DNA of 64,000 nt from Phoronis australis (lineage: Eukaryota > Animalia > Phoronida), in contig NMRA01000042.1 of assembly GCA_002633005.1 (NCBI GenBank), forward strand, positions 484,770 through 548,769. Reading direction: 5' to 3'. Both the position numbers and the translations under genes were made by a program. The notes below the pieces were generated by a model. The model did no database searches. It was not told the DNA's origin and worked only from the letters and a program-made list of their open reading frames with translations. This document shows, one piece after another, positions 12,301 through 22,913 of this stretch (the first letter of the stretch is position 1; each line of letters starts with the position of its first letter).

Positions 12301-15300
12301 GCAAAATGTAACTGAAATAAACATTTTTGCATGAACAAAGGCAAAATAATGATAAAAAGATATGGAAAGAGGAAAACTGTAAAACAAATGAGGAAATCGA
12401 AACCAAAAGAGGAAATCCTTTTAAAAGAGTAAAATTCCAAGTCCTGTTTTAACAATGAAGAGCACACGGTCTTCCCTACTTAGAAATCACCTCTAATTTG
12501 ATTAAGAACCAAGCTGAAACCTTAGCAATAAGGGCTATGAATCAAGTCACTTTTTGACAGAAAGCAGGATTATACCATCTTTACTAACTTACCTCCTATC
12601 GTTGCCAACAACATCGAGGAAGCCAACATCTGGCATCATGTCAGATTTGTATTGGCCATAAGAGACTTGTTTAGTATAGGCAACTAGCTTGAGTTTGTCC
12701 TGGTAGGTGAGATGATAGGCTTTGCCTTCTTTTTCTGGAAGAGCACAATGTTAACAAAGATTTAGTCTACAGTTCACAAACGCATTAACTGCAATATTGC
12801 AATAGAAAACTTGACGGGAGTTTCAATATTCATCAACATGTTTGAAAATTCCTGTTCATACAGTGGGAGTTGTCAGATGTTGACTGTGGGTTTAGTTTAA
12901 AAGGTAGCTATGCTTTGTGATTGTGTGTGGATGAAGAGAGAATGATTAAATACAGTAATTAATTTATTTATTATTAAGAGCTACAGATACTTCAAAATAA
13001 AATGGAAGTTCAACAACCCGGTATTCTCACACAATTTTGCACAATAAGCATAAAATGGAATTCAAAGGTTGTTTTTGAGATAAACAATACAAACTAGATT
13101 TACTACAGTATGAAGTAGTGGCCAAATTTCGTTTAATACCAGGCAAAATCTCAAAAACGCAACAACAATCCTTAAATTTATTTATCTCATTGTCTATTTC
13201 TGTACCCTATTGCAAAACCACGCCATTCAGTGGTGTCTTGTAATTAGACAATGCTTCTCTACATCAACTGGGAAACCCTATGTGGCCCTCCGCCCTTGAT
13301 CTAAGCTCCTCTTGTGTTGTACAGACAGTTATCGCATTAGCAATGTCTTCATGGCAACAAAATATTAGCTATAAATTAAAATGCCAATGACAGAAATTGT
13401 TAATTTTTTAACATGTTTTACGTAAGAAATACAATAAAAACAGGCCAAAACGCTGCGATTTTGGCAACAGTTTTGAGTCGATGCATGTTTACATTAAATG
13501 TGTTTATTCAGCATGGTAGATAATTTGCGTTTGCAGGTCGTGATATCATACAAAAGACTGAGTCAGACAATTAACAAAAGAAAAATTCATATCAGGCCTC
13601 TGAAAAACGTTATCGTCTGGAATACACATTAAACATCAGGAATACACATTAAACGACAGTTATTTGTAATGCCTCATGCAAAATTGGAAATTTTTTAAAC
13701 AATTGTCAGACATCTTGGAAAACAGTTCATAAAACATAGTTTGTGAAAGTTTCATATTTTCCGATCACTCACAAAATCAGCGACATTTTCTTAGAATGCT
13801 CCATAATTTTAATAGTACGTAGTCATCAGCAGCCAATGACGACGACAAAGAAGTAAGGACCACCTTAGACTCAATTGTCAACCAGAAGAGCCAAGAACTG
13901 TAAAATTGTGTATCAAGACAAGTGTGTATCAAGACAAGTGACACTGAGAGTGAGACATAGTGTCAATCTGAGTGACTAACAACAACTGTATCAAGAGAAA
14001 TACAGCCGTCCATTTACAGAGGCCCTTATACCACTGTATCAAGAGAAATACAGCCGTCCATTTACAGAGGCCCTTATACCACTGCATGCCACACCAAGAA
14101 ATCACTTATCATAACACCATGAAACTTGCACAAGTAAGGTTCAAGTAGACCACAAGATTTTATCAAAGTATGAGAAATCTGACTGAATTCTGAAGGCCCG
14201 TGCACATGAACTCAAATAAGTTTGTCTCAGATGAGTGACAAGAGCAACGCGGAGCGTTGAAATGCGACCACGAATGCACCGCTAAAAGTGTGCTTCTAGG
14301 GTTGTTTATTTGTTTCACAAAAATAGCCACTTGATGCACAAAAACATCAAATCCATCCAGCGCACGCCAGACAAATGCCGGCCGGACCGACACTGGACAG
14401 ATGGATGCCAGACGTAGATGATGACATAATCTGTCCACATATAAATATGTGGGCGCATAAAAATCCAACTTAGCATGTTTGGCTTATATGAGTTTCACAA
14501 TTACTGTACTTAAAGTTGGTTTACAATAAAAGTCGAGTAAACAGATGCCAGGAAGCAGTTTTCACTGAATAACAACCTGCCGTTACTCAGTGAAAACTGG
14601 TTCCCAGCAGTCACTTTCAAGAGGGACCCATTTACTTGACTTACACCTTGGTTTCCACACATGAACACTTGTTTCAGGCAACAGTGCCTTTTGGTGGTCT
14701 CCAATTTGGCTGTTGGATGTGTGGCGACCAGAAGTAAATACCAGCCATGGTAGCCTTGGTACGAAGCTGTATTCTGTATATGCAGCTTTGCACCACTGTG
14801 GGTAAAAAACTGACTAAATAAAATCTGAGACGATGAAGTATCATTAAAAATTACACTCTTCCTTGAGTAAACTAAGTTATTTACCGGAGTTGGAAAAATT
14901 GGCGTACTACCATCATTCTGCTGCTGATGTAGTAGCATCACTTAATGGCCAGTTTCTTTTTTCAACGATTATTCAATCAACTGTTCTTCCACAAGGTTGC
15001 ATACATCTCACAACAAATTATCGAAACTGGTTTCATTGTGTTAGAAGTTTTTACTATTTTAATACAAGCAAACTGAATTTCAGAATAAGTTTCACTGCTG
15101 CGAAGCTGCCATCATTTCATGAGAGATGTTGCAAAGAATTTAGGAAATGACACATATCACGAGTGTACATATTGTTTTAAAAACGATGACTGACTTTTCT
15201 TTGTTACAAAAGATGGAGAATTATGCAAGAAAATGACATTGATTATATTGTTTTCACTAAAACGGATGCAACTGACAAGGTGAGTGTCGCTCGACTCCCA

Positions 15301-16123
15301 GATTTCGCATGCACCTCCACCCGCTGTTAGCTCTGCATGTTGCTATTAGTTTCATTGAAAGGTGACAAGCAGAACTACTCGGGCTTTATGTAAAATTTCG
15401 GGGTCTAATGCAGCTCAACACACAACAGTATCTAGCCATATGTTAACGATAGTCTTTATAAAACTTGATGGCAGGCTACAGCCAGGGTAACTTTGTGAAT
15501 GATCATGATGGAAAGTGTTCCTGTCTACAGCAGAGTGGAACTAGGGTACCTCTCGACGCAATTACCCCGGATTTAAATTAGTGAATACAAGTTACTGCCG
15601 TTGCTAGCCCAATTTCAAAATCTCGTATCACTAACTTGAGACAATTGCTCATAGCAATGCCGAGATTACTTAGTTAAGACGAGCGTTTGATGTGGAATGC
15701 CTGCTGGAAGCCGTGAAGAAAAAAGGCGTTGGGCATGACTCTGAAATTTTGGACAGCGCCGTTACAGCTTCATGTATGTTGCACTACAGCACTGTAGAAC
15801 AGGAGACAGACACACCAACAAAATCACAAGTTGGTCCACTAATCCTAATTTGGCCCTCGCCGTCCACAAGCGATTGCCTATCAAATCCCGGCGACAAATC
15901 ACAATCACAAACAAATGTCAAAAAGACTAGTGTGGAGAGTCGACGTTTTGTTGGTGTTTCGAACTTTACCTTTGTAAAAAGTTAAAGCTAATCTATACAG
16001 TTCTGAGAGCGGAAATCCCCATTTCCCTTGCCATTCGTCATCGTGACCGTTTACAGCAGATTCACTCTCGGACGTTGAATTTAAGTGAACGGCGTCAAGC
16101 TCCTTTTCCAGCTCCCCAGCCAT
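3205..16123 (-). CDS. ACBD3: Golgi resident protein GCP60 / acyl-CoA-binding domain protein 3, 5' part of spliced gene (GOLD-domain exons lie beyond the left edge)
   Basis: Exons 16123-15970, 12734-12593, 11279-11139, 10100-9984, 3360-3205, all GT-AG. Translation [66 protein letters not shown] (ACB domain), then a charged coiled coil and [18 protein letters not shown] (Q domain), matches the ACBD3 architecture. Confidence 0.95.
3665..3836. repeat. 49-bp minisatellite running into an assembly gap (N 3837-4227)
   Basis: GTCACACCTCCACTCACCTGCTCTATACTGTCCTTACACACTACACCGT, about 3.5 visible copies. Confidence 0.9.
5890..7310 (-). mobile_element. Degenerate HINE family A copy (internal units)
   Basis: Repeated ccaaatttcatgaaa / gccactaggg / ggagatacagc unit motifs at about 150-bp period; boundaries approximate. 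Confidence 0.6.
7734..9780. mobile_element. Non-autonomous TIR transposon with 6-bp TSD (hAT6-like), outer copy
   Basis: TIR CAGGGCTTGGAAT / ATTCCAAGGCTTG; TSD TGTGTT on both sides. Confidence 0.8.
8035..8535. mobile_element. Same family, inner nested copy
   Basis: Perfect TIR CAGGGCTTGGAAT / ATTCCAAGCCCTG; TSD TTATAA on both sides. Confidence 0.85.
9984..10100 (-). CDS. ACBD3: ACBD3 coding exon 4 (charged coiled coil)
   Basis: ggtag|G...GA|gtgagt; [38 protein letters not shown]. Confidence 0.88.
11139..11279 (-). CDS. ACBD3: ACBD3 coding exon 3
   Basis: tttcag|G...AG|gtaat; [46 protein letters not shown]. Confidence 0.93.
11390..12180. mobile_element. PIF/Harbinger-like MITE
   Basis: TAA|GGGCTGTTCCAGTAAAATC..GGGGGG ... 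CCCCCC..GATTTTGCTGGAACAGACC|TAA. Confidence 0.7.
12184..12446. mobile_element. Third, short copy of the CAGGGCTTGGAAT TIR family
   Basis: CAGGGCTTGGAATGATCAATGACAAAAAAGAGG ... AATTCCAAGTCCTG. Confidence 0.75.
12593..12734 (-). CDS. ACBD3: ACBD3 coding exon 2 (ACB domain)
   Basis: ttccag|AAAAAGAAGGC...GATAGGAG|gtaagt; [48 protein letters not shown]. Confidence 0.95.
14238..14463 (-). mobile_element. Minimal, internally deleted HINE family A copy with both termini
   Basis: Minus strand: TTTTTATGCGCCCACATATTTATATGTGGAC, GTCC-like repeats, then CGCATTTCAACGCTCCGCGTTGCTCTTGT. Confidence 0.8.
15970..16123 (-). CDS. ACBD3: ACBD3 coding exon 1 (MAGELEK...LALTFYK)
   Basis: ATG at 16123; donor G|gtaaag, phase 1. 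Confidence 0.9.
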
Positions 16124-16130
16124 TTTTCTG

Positions 16131-16184
16131 GCCACGTAAATGACTTCTGCGCATGACTTCCTTGACGGTGACACCTAGTGGTCA
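16131..16184 (-). promoter_or_regulatory. ACBD3 proximal promoter/5'UTR motifs (CTCF-like, ETS-like, GASE-like)
   Basis: The minus strand reads TGACCACTAGGTGTCAC..GGAAGT..ACGTGGC just upstream of the ATG. Confidence 0.4.
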
Positions 16185-16980
16185 TTTGCTAAGTAATTTT
16201 GAAACATGAGAAACACCCAAGTGCCGCGGCGGACGGCGGGGCCGGGGGGCCTCCCACAACTATAAGTGGGAACAAATTACACGATCGCTAGATAGAACTG
16301 AACCATTATTTAGTAGCTGAAAATGTATGACCTTTAGTTACTCAGCTGACGATGGCAGGCCGTGCACGGCGGCATGACGGTTTACGCCCCGGCGGCGCCG
16401 GAGCGCCCGCGCCGGGCCGCCCTGCCACATATATGAGCCGCGTGGCCGATTTGAATTAGACCCAGCAGCAATGGGACTCGGGCGACTGGCGAGGCCAGAA
16501 TCAAATTCCCGGCTCAGCGAGCAATGGCAGTGATCTGCAAGGGAGGACAAGGCGCCGATATCGAGCGAACCACGAACTAAGTTGCAGAAATCGCCTACTA
16601 CTGGCGGGGGCCTATTCTCGGCTCACGGGTGGCACATTTAGAGGGGGGGGGGTGAGGTGCCGCATGGCCCTCCTAAAATTCTCCCTGGTTCCATCTGGAA
16701 GTTCGGGAGTCCGAATGTCTGACGGGCAAAATCCTGGCTAATACACTCCGCCCTCATGCCGGCCCTCGGCCCGGCGGCCGCCGACACTCCGCGATGGATC
16801 TGCACCTACATGGGAATGGTCTGCATTCATCGTCGGCGATATTTAGTTGCAGGCATACGCGTTTCATTTATTTTTCAAGTTTAACAATTACTGCTTTCTT
16901 TAATACCTCAGCTGACTATTTTAATAACAATTATTGGCGAAATGCCCGAGCCTTGGAAACGCCGACGCAACATAAATAGT

Positions 16981-17043
16981 GGGTTTTCCCGAGCAGTCTA
17001 TAAATAGACCTAACAAACACGCCAGCGAACATTGGGTTTTTCC
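16981..17043 (+). promoter_or_regulatory. bZIP core promoter: TATA box flanked by NF-kB-like sites
   Basis: TATAAATA 16999-17006, about 170 bp upstream of the ATG; GGGTTTTCCC 16981-16990 and GGGTTTTTCC 17034-17043. Confidence 0.55.
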
Positions 17044-17172
17044 TTCATATTGTAGAAGCGCTTCGTTCACTGGGGTTTGGCACAGAACAGCTTCCATCTA
17101 AATTTTGTTTTCATCAATTTATATAAACTTTCCTGTGATTACAGCGACGTCAAGCATCGCGTTTTGATCACC

Positions 17173-17382
17173 ATGGATTCAAATCCTGTGTGCATCCCGA
17201 AGATTTGCGACGAAACAACAGACTCGGATAGTGGACAGACGACGTTGAAAGTTTTCGTGTTAGGTTCGTCAGAATCTATAAAAGCTAACGAGCGAATGCG
17301 CGATCAACAAAGAGAAAAGAACAGAGAGGCTGCGGCGAAGTGCAGACAACGACGGAAAGAAAGAGAACAACAACTTATGACG
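17173..17382 (+). CDS. bZIP exon 1 (basic region)
   Basis: Kozak-like accATGG; donor ACG|gtttgc. Confidence 0.85.
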
Positions 17383-18897
17383 GTTTGCAATTTATTACCT
17401 GGAAGCAGGAATACAACTACGGTTTTGAAAATCGTTCAGTAATGCTATGCTAAATACCAAGAAGGTGGCGTGTCACCTGCTTTAAGCTAGATCCTCGCAA
17501 ACCAAATTTTGACATCAGAAGGCGTTCACGCTTTACAGATTTGTTTATTTCAAAGATCTTCGTGATCCAGTGAAGTCATAATTTCATAGTTCTGAGGGCC
17601 TATCCCCTTCAGCTTACCGACAACTCAGTATAATATAACCATCGTTTGGTTTATTTTGATATTCAGAGTTGAGCATATCAAGAGTCTCCTTGCGGGTGAT
17701 GCTAATCAAAGCCTGTGCATTAAAGTGGAGGGCCGAGGGAGGCAACTGTCTTGATCGTGTGGGGGAGGCAAATATATTTGCCGAATGGCGTATAAGAATT
17801 GAGAGTTGAAAGTGAAGCACACTATATATATGAAGGAGTAGACCTCCTAGAACGAGCACAGGCATTAAAATTGAGAGCTCAACGAGATCACAATCAGTAA
17901 TGAAATTTCCAGCACGTACTTATTGAGCTTGCTCGGATCTTGTTATATAAGGGCTGGTGATTTTGCAATCTTATCTACCCGCAGAAAAGGCTTGAAACAC
18001 TCATGCTCACTTTTGGCGGGTTTTTACTGTAAAGACGTTTGAGCTTCAGATCTTGCCTTGTTATGGTTGACTTCTAATTGATAACTCTCGACAATAGTAT
18101 GATTTCGTTCCTGCCGACCTATTCAAATACAAACCTCTGATCGCCTTTGGCGGATTTAAGGACACCTCCGGAGGCATCAGATGCAACGTAACCAAAATTG
18201 GTTTTGGGACTACGCAAACATTTTCTCTTCGAGAATTGTGGATGACTCTCTTGCGACTGCGGGTAATTCAGGTTGACAAAATCATCTAAATCTGTTGATT
18301 GCGAGAAAAAATGGTATTGATTTTACCAAATTTCTATACGCTTCAAAATTCATTAAAAATGCTGTAGGATGTTTTACAGAGTTATTTCTTTGTTTTGTTT
18401 AGATAAACAATGCACATCATGCCTTGCGCATGTGCGAAAAAATACTAAACCAAGAATAACTTAACAGAACTGCGATGTTCAGCTCAACTCGTGATTGTAA
18501 GAAAATGCTAATTTGTGGGTGGATTTTTTCAGTTAAAGGCAGTTAATTTTAACTATATATATTTCAGCTGTGAATCCGACTATACCTTCCAGCGATAAGT
18601 GGTTGTCGTGTTGTTTGTCGGCAACACTCGCCCGCAGGCTATAGTAGATTTTATCAATAATGTGCGTTTGGCAGGATTGTCAACTTTTCAAAAGTCACAC
18701 GCACACACACGCGTACACGCACACGCACACGTACACACAAACACACACACACACACTAAAATTCCTGAATAACCCTAACGACCTGACTGTCGGCACCGAT
18801 TGTGTGGTAGGTTCAGTCTCAAGATGGAAATGGTTGTTATGCATTGGAAGGCCTCAGCCGACTGCTAAGAACCGCACGCGGATCATAAAAACAATAC

Positions 18898-18970
<73 letters not shown>

Positions 18971-19344
18971 TTATTTTCTAATTGTAAGCGATGTTTAAAA
19001 TGTTTTACTTTTTGCAGGAGAATAATCGGCTAAAAACCGAGAATACCATTCTTCAGTATCAAGTTAAACAAAAGCGCCGTCAAGCAGAGGAATTAAGAAA
19101 CTCCATCAACAACCATTTGGCTACGTGTTCTGTACGCGACGTCAAATTGCAACAACTAGTACTAGTGAATGACTCGATGATGTGTGGTGATGTTGATACC
19201 AATGAAGATAAATTGGGGGCTGGAGCACCCAAACAGCACCACCATTCACACGTTAACGCTGCATACGTGGAACACGGTGACGTTACATATCCGGACAATG
19301 AACTACAGGTTGCGCCGATGTTGTCAAGTGAAAATCAATCATAG
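17173..19344 (+). CDS. Fos/ATF3/JDP2-like bZIP transcription factor, 2 coding exons, 178 aa
   Basis: Exons 17173-17382 and 19018-19344 join in phase 0. Basic region REKNREAAAKCRQRRKER, then a heptad zipper ending in HLATC (compare the Fos/ATF3 H-x-x-x-C motif). The intron at the start of the zipper is as in Fos/ATF3 genes. Confidence 0.9.
18695..18755. repeat. Imperfect (CA)n microsatellite
   Basis: Direct reading. Confidence 0.9.
18898..18970. repeat. (TAT)n microsatellite just upstream of the bZIP exon 2 acceptor
   Basis: About 24 TAT units. Confidence 0.95.
19018..19344 (+). CDS. bZIP exon 2 (leucine zipper and C-terminus)
   Basis: tttttgcag|GAG; TAG stop ending at 19344; AATAAA at 19536-19541. 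Confidence 0.87.
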   Translation, partial: ENNRLKTENTILQYQVKQKRRQAEELRNSINNHLATCSVRDVKLQQLVLVNDSMMCGDVDTNEDKLGAGAPKQHHHSHVNAAYVEHGDVTYPDNELQVAPMLSSENQS

Positions 19345-20471
19345 ACGTAATATTTATACCCAAATTTTATGGAAATGTGGTTAGTGAAGTTTACAGAAAT
19401 TTACAAGTCCACTCGAATGTTGAAATTATATGCTTTACCAGTTTAGTGCAGTCAATATAGACTTTTAAGAATTTATTCCACGTACTGCGAGTATTGGAAC
19501 AGTTTTGAAGAATATGTCTAGATATTTATGATGAAAATAAATGTGTAATAATTGTGCATACTATCCAGTTTATCAATTTACACGCAGAAAATTAGCAGTA
19601 CTTTGTCTATTGTCGTATTAACGGGATCACGACAGGCGTGTACAACCGACATTGAGCGTAAAGTGACTTCACTCCCTGTACCAATGTCAATGTATGAATA
19701 ATTGATTCGTCAATTGTTGTTTTAAGCTTTAGTAGCTGTAAAGTGACTTTGTTTAGAGAAGATGTATGAAAAAATCAACATGATTACGCGTGAGACAAAC
19801 TCAGTGGCTCACACGAAATGTTTAGAGATACGGTGAGGGGGGTGGAAATATGCGCCTATTTTCACTGGGAGCGCCCACTGCGGTTCAGTCGTGAAATAGA
19901 CAAAATTAAGGTTAAATTATGTTATGGCAATGCAAAGAAAATTACAGAAAATGATCGAGAGAGCGACTCTAGCTGTTGCTGGAGAAGGGCCACTGGAGAA
20001 AAAGTTTCCATTCAAAAAGAAAAACTAAGTGTTTTCTTGAATTTTGAAATTTTGAACAACTTGCTCAAGAAATCTGTACGTAAAAGGTTTTTCCGGGCGT
20101 TTTCGAAGTTTGTTGATTGAGAGCACGTTTTAAGTGCGTTTAAAAAGCCTATACTCCATAACTAGTGGGACCGTCCTAACAAAGGTCTATGTCGGAGCTC
20201 GGGGGTAAACACAGCAATGGTAAGTGACAATGTACTAATCTACAGATTTCGCTGTTTCTATGTTTTCTCGAATGCACCGTGCCCTGCGCATATGCCTATC
20301 GCCACGGCTTTACCGTGACACCTGTAAATTATTGGGGTGCACACACCCTCCCACCGCTTCTTACGACCCCGTTGAGTGAAGATATAACATTCAATTTTTT
20401 TAACCTTTCCTCATATCAGATGTAGTTGGCTCTGTCACACTCGACGTTAGTTGTACTTGAACTACCCACCG

Positions 20472-20794
20472 CATAGGCGGATTTAGGAAGGCCCAGGGGG
20501 CCCGGCCCCCCTCCTTGTCTGCCGCAAGCAAAATGAAACAGCAACAGCGCGACGCGTGAGGAAATATAACTAGGACGGGTAGTGGAGAAGGGGAAGGAGC
20601 ATAGACCTGATCGCGGCGGGATCGCGGTGGGATCGCGTTCCCGATTTTTTTTAGTTTAGTCGATAGATTTTCCGAACATACTCCCGGCATCGCAACTTTC
20701 GGAGCCCCTGTACACATACAACCGCGCTTTGCCCAATTCCCCGAGGCAACATGTTGCCCCCCCCCCCCTTTGTGCTATCCTAGATCCACCACTG
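20472..20794. mobile_element. MITE with 5-bp TSD (hAT5-like)
   Basis: CATAGGCGGATTTAGGA ... TCCTAGATCCACCACTG; TSD CACCG on both sides; related single ends at 25398 and about 47842. Confidence 0.7.
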
Positions 20795-21720
20795 CACCGG
20801 TATATTAGGCCGATTGTGTTTTACAGAAAAGAAGCTTCGAATGATTTTATCATGGGTCTTTTTAAATTTTAAGTGTTTTTTACGACTTTGGTGTGATTCC
20901 ATTGTAATGAGCGCGGTGTGCTGGTGGAGTCCATTTTCCTATCACACAAACACGCTTTTATTTCGGGTCTTTTCGTTTGATAGATAAAATCTGACTGAAG
21001 TTGTTATTGTTTACAAACAGTGAAAAGTCATTTTGAGTAATGTACCGAACAACGCAGCGAAACGGTGGCAGGTCATTTTAGGTAACAACTACATTGTTTA
21101 TACAGGTTATTAAATGTAGGGAACGCTCTCTGTACATATATGTGTTTGTGGTTTGTGTGTGTGTGTGCGTGCGCGCGCGCGTGCGTGTGTGTTTGGGTGT
21201 TTGTGTGTCCACGTCTTATTAACTGTATGTAAGCATGTAAGTATGCTAAAATAAAATAAATATTTTAAACAATAACCAACTGGAATTTAATATCATGTAT
21301 ATTTTTTCTTTTTCTTGTGCAGTTAGTTGAAAGTTGCCATGATTTTCCAGTCCCCTGAGTCATGAACTGGAGCCTATGATTAGTCCAAAACTTTTAACTC
21401 TGAATAACATCAGTTTTGGCTATATCGTAGGTAAGTGGCTCACACATTTTCTCATCTGTAGATGAAACATACCTTTATTCAATGCAAGAACATCCATTCA
21501 TAAAATTTCTAAGGAAATAAACAATGATTCTACTTTTCTATGATTTCCGGCTTGTGCGCGGATGCTGACGAGAATGAAGGCACGAAATGGAAAATTCCAT
21601 TTCCCTGTGTGTCGTAATTCACGAGCAACCTCACTGGTTGAAGTAGCTTCATTCATTAACCTGTGTGACACGCCTCAATCTATTATTGAGCAACTTGTTT
21701 TTGTCCTCTCTGCCCTGGTT

Positions 21721-21807
21721 TATAAATAGGTCAAAACGGTCACCTCAGTATTTGCCATTGTGTTGTAGTTGTGTTCGACCAAGAAGACGGTTTTATAAAC
21801 ACTTTTG
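21721..21807 (+). promoter_or_regulatory. Putative TATA box and non-coding first exon of the CACHD1-like gene
   Basis: TATAAATA at 21721, consensus donor G|gtaagt at 21808, acceptor tag| at 22743 just before the ATG at 22758. Confidence 0.5.
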
Positions 21808-22757
21808 GTAAGTAAAGTCGTTGTTTTATGAACAAAGGGATCTTCCGTAGAACAAATGGTAACTGATTTAAACGATTCATAAGAGATTTTATGACACCTC
21901 TGCCTTATTATCTTCTTACACAGGTATGTACTGCGTATGTCTCAAAATTGAGTCCAGCTTTGGTTCGTGACCATCGGCGAGTTGAAGCTGTTCGGGTGGT
22001 CTCTCGTGAGAGTTTTGTATCATTGGTCGGACCCTCCGACAAAGTAATGTAGTTTTGTAGGCCTATGTTAAGTTATATTATATTATATTATATTATGGTA
22101 CCCAATGAACGCATGGTATCAATCAAATCTAGCTCATTTATCTCAGTTGTTTCCAATGTCAATTTTCAATATCAATCATCACTGTATGCATGCGGATGGG
22201 TTTCGTGGAAATCAAGAGTATGTAGTAGGCACCCGTAATTCAAATGATGTGAGTCGATTATTTCCGAGCTCCATCCTAGTAACAAAGTTTTTTTGATTTT
22301 CTATGCCACTTGCGCTGTAAAATGGGTCTAAACTGATTCCTTACGCAGACTAGAAGTGTGGCTTTACTAAGGCCAAGACAAGCAAAACGTACAGAACCCG
22401 AGTCGATAACGGGCTGTTAGTTCTTTCAAATCAATAAAACCTCCCCCCTTTTGAGACCAATTTCGTTGTGAGTGCTCTAATAATAAAAAAATTGTGGTGG
22501 AATTCTATGCCAAGAACTCTGTTGTGGGTTCTTTCTTAACTGACAGTCATTGAGCGATGAATGTCATTATGTACTTACCAAGCGTCGTGGCACCGGTCGG
22601 TCAAAACTACTTCGTAAACAATCGTTTGGGCTTACAAAAGTGTTCGAAAAGGTAACAAATATAGAACACTATAAGCAAATGATAGTGTATAAGGCCAATA
22701 GTGATGTTCTTCATTTCACCTTTTGTTTTGTTTTTGTATCTAGACACAACAAAAGAG

Positions 22758-22913
22758 ATGATTTGCTCATACACGAGAATTATGATTTCCGCCCTCGCTT
22801 TGTTTTTGTGTTCGGGCACCGCGTTTAGTGAGGACCTAAATCAACTGGACGCAGCAAAATTGTCTTCTTTTCTGCAAACGATGATCGAAGACACAGGTTG
22901 GAAATTCATTCAG
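22758..22913 (+). CDS. CACHD1-like coding exon 1 (signal peptide)
   Basis: MICSYTRIMISALALFLCSGTAFSEDL...; donor CAG|gtatgt. The start could also be the ATG at 22782. Confidence 0.8.

Noticed and set aside
13984-14085. 48-bp direct duplication as LTR or TSD
   Set aside because: Simple adjacent tandem duplication with nothing between the copies.
18660-18998. ORF with His/Thr repeat and poly-Leu 'TM'
   Set aside because: Translation of (CA)n and (TAT)n microsatellites within the bZIP intron.
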